Position numbers and translations under genes: made by a program. The notes under the pieces are model-generated. The model did no database searches, was not told where the DNA came from, and saw only the letters and a program-made list of their open reading frames with translations. A DNA stretch of 64,000 bases from Octopus vulgaris. Its lineage: Eukaryota. The stretch lies in assembly GCA_951406725.2 (NCBI GenBank), contig OX597815.1, forward strand, positions 89,652,001 through 89,716,000, written 5' to 3'. Below, one piece after another: positions 53,900-64,000 of this stretch. Within the stretch, counting starts at the first letter, position 1, and every line of letters begins with the position of its first letter.

Positions 53900-55670
53900 A
53901 TCTCTTCTTAACTAACCACACCATGTCGAAATACAGAGAGAATAATACAAGGATGGACAGAAACACAAGTGGGGGAAAATCGAATGAAAGACGATGAAAT
54001 GTGAAAAAATGAAATGTGGAATGACAGCCACTCTGGCCCCTCATCCCAAGTGGCGTCATTGAACTAATCGCTTAAAAAACGTTTTTAGTTTGAGTCTATT
54101 TTTCTCCTTTATTAAAAAAAGCACATTTTAATTTTATAAAGAAAACAGTCAACACACAGCCTCAAGTTTGTTCAATACAGTGTAGTCAATGACTGGGGGC
54201 AACGAATCAGTCACTGCTTCCACACACAATGGTCCAACGTCCGACTCGCACGACTCTCTCAATACAAGTTGGCTTTTCCCACCGATGAGCAGAAATCTCA
54301 TATATGGGGAAAAATCTGCGACGTGCGTGTTCCCCCTTATTGCTGTCTTCATAGTCTTTATCTTTTTTACTGTCTCTTTGCCTGTATATCGTACATGAAT
54401 ACGAACGTCGTTTTTTACGGAAGGATGGGCAGTTTGATGCTCTTGTATGTTAGTTTGTATATTTAAAAGAGCAGGGTTGGGGTCAGTGACTGATGGGGCA
54501 GGATGAGAGGTGATTCTGCGGGCACAGGTTGGAGGAGAGTGGAGTAGGGTTAGGGCTAGTATCAGTGGTTTTTTCCTCTTTTTCTTGGCAACCGTCACCC
54601 ATCCGTTCTCTTTTGCTTCGTCACTTGTCTTCTTCCGCATTTGTTGCAGAAGGCGAATGTGTGATTTCTGTCACTACTAAGGGATCACTGGTGCTTTTAC
54701 GGGAGGCGGAGGACATTCTGCACTTATGCAGCCCTTTTGGTCACACTTGGAACAACGAGTCCTCCTTCTCTCCACCACAACCCTCAATATTTTTCTCCCA
54801 CCAAAATGGTGTCTGCGATGCTATCTAGATCCTCCGGGTCAGCCTGAACAATCATTTCCAGTGACTGCTCCAGCCATTTCTGAGTTGGTATACTTGTTGC
54901 TTGGTGGATAGATATTCATTCCTCCAAGCCTAATATTATGACTGCCACCAGCTAGGCAACGTCTACCTACGATGGGATTTCCTCCATCCTTACCTTGGAA
55001 GCTAGCCTTCCAAGTTAGCTTGGTAGTAATATTATCCCGTCTATCTCCAGACGGCCACGGAGTGCTACCTGGCCCTTTCCTCTGTGTGAAAACGTACCTC
55101 AACCATCGCATACTTATTGCCCATGATCAGGAACTTGATTTCCGGTCATATGGGTCCCAAGCACTTCTCAATTTGATCCCTCCTTGTACGTCGATTCTTT
55201 TCTTCCTCATCAAATATGTTTTCAATGCTACCATTTTTCCAGCACACCTTGTCACACTTCACTAGAATGGGTCACTTCAACTACATACTCTCACGTTTTC
55301 ATCATGCTTTTATACCTTTTCACTTATTGCAACTTTGACGCTACATGCTCCTTCACAGCGTCTTTCGCAGGCGTAAAACTTAAAAAACTTTTTCGTTTTT
55401 TTCTTTCCATTTCCATCACCTTCTCCATATTGAACATAGACTACACCATTTCAATTTCTGACGAATAAGAAAGGCTCCACCTTTCATAACTGAAATCAAT
55501 TTTCACCATCAAACGTTTCGCTTCCCCTTCAAACAAGGGGTATAACGATAACAGTACCGCTGCAACGCAGTGAAACAATGGTGTATTAAACATACACAAT
55601 AAATATGTTCAACAATTCAACAACAGTCATATTACAAGCAGACAAGCAATACAGGCCGTAAATAATGACA
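53900..55670 (-). mobile_element. ORF1-only Tx1-like element E6 (array unit 2)
   Basis: MRWLRYVF/EVRF region, CSKCDQKG..S.ECPP-like knuckle, GWVTVAKKKRKK, SDVGPL; 3' hairpin 54020-54060. Confidence 0.8.
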
Positions 55671-55697
55671 CTAACTCTTGGCGTTTAAATTGCGAAA

Positions 55698-57520
55698 TCT
55701 CTTCTATATAAACCATTAAGCTCGGAACACAGATTGGACACTACAAGGAGAGACAAGACAGCACAAACAAAAGGTGGGGAAAACAACGAATGAAAAAGAC
55801 GATGGAATGTGAAAAATTGAGAAGGTGGAATGACACGGGCCCCACATCCCAAGCAGCCTCATTGATCTTTTTCGAAACAACGTTTACAAATTGAGGCTCT
55901 TCTTCTTTTTTCTTTCTTTTTCTTCTTCCTCACTTTTCCCCCTTTTTTATACTTAAAAAGGTTTCACTTCGATGACAAATGCATCTAAGTCACTGGGGTC
56001 TACAACTGGAGGAAACGAATCAATCGCTACCTCCACTCTCAAAGGACCAACATCTGACCCAAATGTATGTTTTAATTTACATTAGCTGTCACTATCAATG
56101 AGCATACATCTCATATAAAGGGGGACACCCTCGACCGGCAGGTTCACCTTTATGATTGACTCTAAGTCTTCTACCTTTTTCGCTCATGCAGCTTTCTTTG
56201 CCTCGTATAACAATACAAAGGTATTGGGGGTGCTGAGGCTCCTGTATGTTTGTAAGTGTGTCTGTGTGTGCAGGTTCTGGGTCAGTGTCTGGTGCGTATG
56301 GGTGAGGAATGGTGTCAGTGAGGGTTGGATGAGGCCTACCACCCGTTGAGTGGTTATTCCCTCTCTTTCTCATTTTCCTCGTGGAGACGTTGCTTCATTC
56401 GTTCTCCTCTGGTGTCTTTATCTCTTTCTCGTCACATTTCTCCTCCATCTCTGCATTTGTCACCGTATGAAGTGGACGTGCGGTATCCTTCACCTCTGGG
56501 GGTACTACCGGTGCTTTTGCAGCGGGAGGCGGAAGGCATCCTACTCTTATGTGGCTTTTCTGGTCACAGTTGAAGCATCGTGGCTTATTGCTCTCCATCA
56601 CTACCCTCAATATCTTGTCACTCACCAAAATGGTGTCCACAATACTTTCTACGTCCTTCCGCGCATCGCTCTTCTCCTCCACCAGATGATAATCTCTAGC
56701 CCTTGTCCTAGCAAGTTTTGCTTTGGTATTCTTGATGCTTGGAGAATTGTTATCCCCCCTCCAAGCCTAATGTTATCGTCGCTGCTAGCCCAGCAACGTC
56801 CATCTCTGGTGGGATTTGTTCGACCTTTGCTATAGAAGTTCGCTTTCCAAGGTATGATGGTAGTAGAATCACTTCATCTGTCTTCAGGGAGGCCACGGAG
56901 TGTTGCCTGGCCATTTCCACTGTTTGAAACCGCACTTCCAACAAAGCATATTCGTTACTCTTGGCCAGGTACGTAATTTCTAGCTAGATGGGTCCTAAGC
57001 ACTTCTCGATTTGAACCCTTGTTGACATACCTTATTCTTCTGTTTGACAACAAACGCTTTAATTATTATTGTTTTCTTCAACGTATCCTAAGTAATTCTG
57101 CTAGGAGTGGTCAACCCAAAATTCATGACTATCCTTTTTCAAAAGATGCTTGTACTTTATTAAATCCTGCATTTCAAACTTTATCTCCTCTTTCGAAGCC
57201 TGGCCGTGGCTGCAAACATTTAATACTTTTCTTGTTGTTTGAGATGTTTTCTTCTTGATAGCTCCTCCTCTATGTTATCCAAGAATTCCTATAATTTACT
57301 CTCCGACGAATTCACGTCAGAAAGACTTAACCTTTCACAACCAGTATTCATGTTATACCAAAAGCGTTTCCCCCTCAAACAAGGGGAAATCGATAACAGG
57401 ACCGCCGCAAATCAGTAAACCTATGGTGTAATAGCAACACACACAATAACAATATTCAACAATTCAGCAACCATAATATAACAAGCAAAGAAGCGACACT
57501 GACCGTAAATGATTATACTA
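55698..57520 (-). mobile_element. ORF1-only Tx1-like element E7 (array unit 3)
   Basis: LEVRFQTVEMARQHS..LLPSYLGKR; PRCFNCDQKSHIRVGCLPP; GSDVGPL. Confidence 0.8.
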
Positions 57521-57544
57521 ACTCTAGGTGGAATAATTGCGAAT

Positions 57545-58440
57545 TCATTCTCTATTGCCATCAAGGGACCAAATGCAGAAGGGAGAGTACAAATACAAAC
57601 AAGATATACAAACTAAACACACAAAACTGGGCAAAGAAACGAATGAAAAATGGATAATAATGATTAATGAAAAAGGCGAAATGATGCTTTGCAAGCCTCA
57701 CGATCTACGCAACTCTATTGAACATTTTCAGAAATTTTACAAAAATTATTTTAAAAAGTTATTTAATTTGTGTTCCTGCTATGTCCTTGCTGTGTGGTGA
57801 CTGTGTTGTGTGGTTAATCTTTTTGTTTATTGGTGTATATTTTCTTCTCTGTATTTGAAATATTTGAAATGTACGAAATGTTCTTTGTGTGAGTTCAAGT
57901 TTGAATGTCTGCTCTCATGCTTTTTGAGCTGGATGGAGGAAGAGAACGAGAACTTTATTCTTCTTCTTCCTCCCTGTAACCGACCACTCCCCATCACTCA
58001 CTTCAGCTGATGTTGATGTTAACTTAGTTAACTTCATGTTAGCTCTCTCCCCACGTAGAATTGGCTGAAACCTTTTCAACGCTTCCGGCTTAATTGTATA
58101 TCTCCTTTGGCGGTTCCCACTGCAGCCGCATGTCTCTCCATATTCTCCTCCGACTCGCTGGATTACTCTGAATCATCGATTTCCAAGTGCTCAGATCCAT
58201 TGTACATGTCTGTAGACATTTTGTGTAGCCACAGTCCCTACACAAAACGAAAACATTTCGCCCCTTAAAAGGGGAACAAAGGATAACAAGCTTGCTTAAG
58301 CAAGCAATTTGTAAAAAGACATTAACAGTTTATAACAAGTTTATAAGAAGTACGCAGTCCCAAAAGAGAAAACGTGCAACAATAAAACAACGGTACTTAA
58401 CTCAACAATAGACTTCTTCATAATAAAATTCCAACCGTAA
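57545..58440 (-). mobile_element. Internally deleted Tx1-like element E8 (array unit 4)
   Basis: Keeps tail, 5' hairpin (58261-58274), SSESEE..AAAVG and GEWSVTGRKKKNK motifs; no RRM-like region or knuckle. Confidence 0.6.
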
Positions 58441-59016
58441 TGACAGGCAGACACATTTTAAATGCCAGAAACGCAGTTCAGTTGATTTTTATATCCAGAA
58501 CCTCCACAAAATGCACACACATTTCGATTTTTGTGGACAATTGTTTGCGACTGCCACCCACGGCATTGAACGCCGCTGCATTTTAGCGACTCGTTTCAGG
58601 GAAAGTCGAAAGGTTATTTGCAATTTGAGTCTCAGCAATGAACCAGCATGTCTTCGAATATTTACACTTACATCCCCAAAATAAATTTTCCGAATTTACC
58701 ATATAACAACGACATTTGAAAAAATTGCATTTCTTTTCCAGTTCAGTGTACTTTTTGTTTTATTTCCTATTTTGAAATATATCATACTTTTCCTCTTGCT
58801 AACATTTTAAAATAACTTATTTTTAAAATTAAGTTAATATTTACATTATTTAATATTTCTTAGTGTGTTACTATAATGATTTAATAATGTTTCAGCATGA
58901 CTCTTGATTTGTAAGAATCACATTATTTCATATATATAAAAGCTGTGGATCAAACTTGTTTATAATCTATTAACTGAAAAAGATGTTTACTCTATAATAA
59001 TATCTAAGCTTTATAC

Positions 59017-59354
59017 CAGTGATTCTTAATTGAGTTTTGTAACAGAAAAATTACAAAACAAACGCAAATGTTAAAGCTACTAATCAGAATTATTGAGGGT
59101 TCTGAGGGATATGAAGGTGCGGTCAATAAGTACAGAAAATGATAAGCGGTGCTAAGACAGTAGAATAAGAACACTAAATGTATAAGGCAATACTTTGTAT
59201 TTTTTCATAAACGTATTATTTGACCATGCTCTCGTTAAGAGAATAACAAGTATAATTACAGAAATTCCTGCTTTTACTCAAAGGCTCGCGCCCTTTTGAA
59301 TATTACTGACACCCCTCTAGGGGATGGTGTGCAACCCGAGTTAAGAACCACATG
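59017..59354. mobile_element. Possible old hAT-type MITE
   Basis: Ends cagtgattcttaa / ttaagaaccacatg. Confidence 0.35.
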
Positions 59355-59987
59355 TTTAAATATTTTTTTTATATATCAACATATATTCCTTCGATCGGTC
59401 TAGGGAAAGCATGGTAAGCTGTTTCAAAATTTTATTCGCTAGTTGTTCATTATTATGAAGAGAAATGCACTTATGACACCGTCTAAAACGTTGCTTATAT
59501 ATTTTTATTTTTATAAATATATATTTTCTACACGATACGGAGTGACATTTTTTAGTAACTTCTACATGACAGCAGCAATTGTATCAGATGAACTCGCAAT
59601 ATTCTCAATATGTTTCAATTATGTTCCAAGAAGAGAAATTTCTTTTAGATCTGCAGTTAGACATATTACGCATTTCTTTTGTTAGACCTACAAAGTTTGT
59701 CAGCACACAGGTCTCTGATACCTTTCGAAGCTAAAAAAATCCATGCAGTGAATATTTATATGCAAACGAAATACATTCTTCTTTCAAAAATGTACAATAT
59801 ATTCAATTTCCATTATTTTCGTTTTTCTTTTCATTTTTAACAGTATTCGAATTTAGGTATAGAAAAATGTCATACCGTGTTATAAAAATAATGTTTTGTT
59901 TGATTAATTCGTGCCATAGTGTTTTGAATATCTCGCAGCATTGCCCTGCAATACATTCAAGTATTTGTACTTTACCTGGAAAATTAC

Positions 59988-60221
59988 TTATTTCTTTACT
60001 ACCAAAAGGGGGCTAAACACAGAGAGGACAAACAAGGACAGGCAAACGGATTAAGTCGATTATATTGACCCCAGTGCGTAATTGGTACTTAATTTATCTA
60101 CCCTGAAAGGATGAAAGGCAAAGTCGACCTCGGCGGAATTTGAACTCAGAACGTAACGGCAGACGAAATACGGCTACGCATTTCGCCCAGCGTGCTAACC
60201 TTTCTGCCAGCTCGCCGTCTT
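59988..60221 (-). mobile_element. Full SINE A, tail type 1, with 15-bp TSD
   Basis: TSD tacctggaaaattac at 59973-59987 and 60223-60237. Confidence 0.92.
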
Positions 60222-60719
60222 GTACCTGGAAAATTACCGATTTATCACATAACATCAGTGAGTAGCATCTCTTGCTAGATACAAAATATTCAGTCCACAG
60301 GAACTCTGCGACATTAGCAGTAATTTGAAGCTTCATCCTTTTAAATTTATCAAGTATATATATTATCCAGTGAGACATACATCTGCTTCTCCTAAATTGT
60401 TACAGATTGTTCGAATCCGGGAGAATAGAAAACATTTATTGTCAAGGCAGTGACATAACAGTGTTATAACAGTGAAAGATGAATGTTAACCATGTAATGA
60501 AACAAATCCCCAGATGTTCTTTCCATATCTAAGGACCATTTTTGCTGTATTATATAAAACGATATAAATCGAGGTCTGTCCTGCATTCGGATTTCCTATA
60601 TTTGCTGGTTTCCATAATATCTCATTATTAACTGTTTGTCTCTTGATTTTCTGGGTTATGCTGCATATTACCATTTGCAAATTTTATACACACAAATACA
60701 CACGCACACATACAGACAA

Positions 60720-60776
<57 letters not shown>

Positions 60777-61113
60777 AGCGCAGGAGTGGTTGAGTGGTAA
60801 GTGGTTAGCTTACCAACCACATGGTTCCGGGTTTAGTCCCATTGCAAGTGTTTTCTACTATAGCCTCGGGCCGACCAAAGTCTTGTGAGTGGATTTGTTA
60901 GACAGAAACTGAAAGAAGTCTGTCGTGTATAAATATATATATTTCAAAATATAACCACATGTGAATTGTTGGTGATTTTCTTCCACCGTGTTCCTTTCTA
61001 TTGGACTTTCCTTCCTTTCTGAAGAAGAGCGTTGCTCGAAACGTTAAACCATCTTTCTTTCCTTCCCTCAACGTCTGTCGTGTTTTTGTGCTTGTTGTTC
61101 TTGTTTCAGATTT

Positions 61114-61202
<89 letters not shown>

Positions 61203-61503
61203 GTGTGTGTTTGTGTGTGTATGTATGTCTGTGTGTGTGTGTGTGCGTGCGTGCGTGCGTGTGTGCGTGTGTGTGCGTGTGTATGTATGTATATGTTTGT
61301 GTGCCTGTGTTTGTCTCCCAAACATCACTTGACAACGATGCTGGTATGTTTACGTTCCCGTAATTCAGCGGTTCGGTTAAAAAGACCGATATAATAAGTA
61401 CTAGGATTACAAAGAATAAGTCCTGGGCGCAATTTGTTCGACTAAAGGTGGTGCTCCAGCATAGCTGCAGTCAAATAACTGAAACTAATAAAAGAGTAAA
61501 AGA
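60777..61503 (+). mobile_element. SINE family B with a 175-bp insert in its internal (TA)n
   Basis: Homologous to 48558-49025 except for 60943-61117. Confidence 0.85.
61016..61048 (+). ncRNA. Minimal type I hammerhead ribozyme motif
   Basis: ttt CTGAAGA a gagc gtt gctc GAAA cgtt aaa. Confidence 0.6.
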
Positions 61504-61557
61504 GTGTATATGTATGTTTTCATATACATACACACACACACATATGCACACACACAC

Positions 61558-61607
<50 letters not shown>

Positions 61608-62369
61608 GCATACATACACATATATATACATATATATATATATATATAAATGGAAGAAAATGCAGTAGAGGGCATTAAAACGTTCGGGCACATAGACGAT
61701 AGAAAGGCGTACAAAGGAAGCAACAATTACAAGATCAGTAAAAAAAAACGGGTCATTCATGGCCTTCTTTTTCGGTCAAGTACCAGAAGTGACGACCATT
61801 TCGAGCAGTTACACTTGAGATAGTTCGATATGGTTGCCCCCGCAAAAAGTCTAAGGTAAGAGCATTAGACCTCTTTATAAGAAAGCTAGCGTATGTGTAC
61901 GCCAACAAAGACAAAAAAGAAACAAACAAAAAAAAACGGAGACCACAGTACACAATTACGAATACAAACAACAAGAAATAACAACAGGCGTCTTTCGACT
62001 GGGAACGAATGAAATTGAGCTGGCGTGTATGAAAGGAAAGTCTAAAGACAGAAACATAGGGGACGGACACAAGGGGTGTTGGCGGCCAGTAGTCAGGCCA
62101 AGAAAGAAAGATCAAGGCTGGCCGGACACCAGTCACATGGAAGGAGGAGAGATGGGTGGGGGGCAGCTAGATCGAAGGATTAGAAAAAGAATCAGAGATA
62201 AAGATAAAGGTACAGGGGAGATAAATGAGTGGGAAATAGTGGAAGTTAAAGAAAGAGACGGCCAAGTAACGTGAGAAAGGGGGAGCGAGAAACAGCAATT
62301 ATATATATATATATAAAAACACCTAACGCCACAAAGTTCAATTGCCGCTCGAAGCACCCAGACAGTCAG

Positions 62370-63230
62370 ACCTAACCAAAAATATAAAAACCATGACGTC
62401 CTTTGCTATAACCTGATCTGGAACTCCAGCATCTCATCCGAGATTGCGAAACAATTTTTAACTGCACTTGATCGCTGCTTCCATAAAAATGGCGTGTACA
62501 GCAAAATATTCAACCGACACACTGTAAAACTATCCTATGCAAATTCACTAAACTTAGATCACCATATTCATAGGATTAACAACCGTAAACTGAGGCGAAG
62601 GTTAGTCAGCACTCAAAATAACTTTCGCAACATCCATCATAGCTCATATGATCAACCTAAAAACAACGATTATAACTCGAATTATACTACCAACCAAGAG
62701 AGCAATAATTACAATATTCGTGATAACCATCCAACAAATAACACCAGCAACAGTTCAAATAATACATGAGAACACCTACAAATAGTGAAAATAAAACAAT
62801 AATATTGACAACCAGCATACCGAACAGAACCAATCCCACAAGCGAACAAAATCAAACAGTTATGCTCATGCAGAGCTAGAGCCAATTGTCCTTTGGATAA
62901 CCAATATATGACTAGGAACGTAGTATACAAGCGCCCTATAAACACTAGAAGAGGCCGCTGCGTATATATCGGGGCATCGGCCGATTTTTTCCAAAATCGA
63001 TACCACAACCAATTGCCAGCTTTCGAAATATCCTTAAACGACATATATCATCGCTGGCCAATTTTATCTGGAGGCTTAAGGGAGCGAAGCAAAATGCGGC
63101 CTTACATGGCCAATACTTAGACACGCGAGTCTCTGGAACAGTATATCCCGGAAATGACAGTTATGCTTCGAGGAGTCACTCTCGATAATGTTAACAGAGG
63201 GGTGCAGTATAAATAAATTCATTTAACAAT
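62370..63230 (+). mobile_element. Penelope-like 3' fragment (linker plus GIY-YIG), same type as 33270-34790
   Basis: YSKIFNRHTVKLSY, CSCRARANCPLD, VVYK..VYIGAS..F..RYHN. Confidence 0.75.
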
Positions 63231-63399
63231 TACCCAGGAGCCTACACGCAGTTAAACACAACATTCACATATTACAATCCCGACCATACATAATCTGATG
63301 TATACATAACGTCCACATATCTTAATACACCTGAACTTGAAGAAATATATTCGAATAACTTGTATTTGACGTATGGTCTTGCCATATAGATCCACACAC

Positions 63400-63478
63400 A
63401 AGGCTTTGGTCATATAGCCTCGGGTCGACCAAAGCCTTGTGAGTGGATTTGGTAGACGGAAACTGAAAGAGACTAGTC

Positions 63479-63520
<42 letters not shown>

Positions 63521-63735
63521 GTGTGTGTATGTACTTGTGTCTCTGTGTTTGTCCCCCCCACTATCGCTTGACAACCGATGTTGCTGTGTTCACGTCCCCG
63601 TAACTTAGTGGTTCGGCAAAAGAGAGCGATAGAGTAAGTACTAGGCTTACAAAGAATAAGTCCTGGGGGTCGATTTGTTCGACTAAAGGAGGTGCTCCAG
63701 CATGGCCGCAGTGAAATGACTGAAACAAATAAAAG
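63400..63735 (+). mobile_element. SINE family B, 5'-truncated
   Basis: Homologous to about 48650-49025. Confidence 0.85.
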
Positions 63736-63779
63736 AATGTATATATACATACGCACACAATATATATGTATGTATCTTT

Positions 63780-63995
63780 ATCTTTTGTCTTTTAATTGTT
63801 TCATTCATTAGTCCGAGGCTCTGTTGGAGCACCGCCTTGAAGAATGTTTAGCTTAATGTCTAAACCCCAGTACTTATTTTTTTTTTAAGTCTGGTAATTA
63901 TTATAGGAATCACTTTTGGTGAAACGCTAAGTTATGGGGACGTAAACACACAAGGACCTGTTTTGAAGCGCTGGGGGGAAGTACACAAAGACACA
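63780..63995 (-). mobile_element. Diverged SINE family B 3' half
   Basis: ggagcaccgcctt...cgctaagttatggggacgtaaacac. Confidence 0.6.
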
Positions 63996-64000
63996 CATAT

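Overview
AT-rich, microsatellite-dense eukaryotic genomic DNA with no host protein-coding gene that I can support. The repeat inventory suggests an invertebrate, probably an octopus or other cephalopod (inference). The window is mostly transposable elements. (i) Eight minus-strand copies of one Tx1/L1-like non-LTR lineage whose ORF1 has an RRM-like region and a CCHC knuckle. Two keep ORF2 (APE/RT) remnants and six show no ORF2, four of these forming a head-to-tail array at 52.2-58.4 kb. (ii) At least five tRNA-headed SINE families. (iii) Two decayed Penelope-like (RT plus C-terminal GIY-YIG) elements and five minimal type I hammerhead ribozyme motifs. (iv) Four R4/Dong-like fragments ending in (AAT)n. 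(v) Mariner remnants, MITEs and a Helitron helicase relic. Two observations stand out. First, a possible Tx1-SINE system: one SINE variant carries the Tx1-lineage 3' tail, junctions recur at one 15-16 nt site inside that SINE, and the Tx1 copies keep conserved 5' and 3' hairpins. Second, a tRNA-headed SINE carrying a Penelope-type hammerhead ribozyme, present as an inverted pair around a third hammerhead. All alignments were done by eye and element boundaries are approximate.
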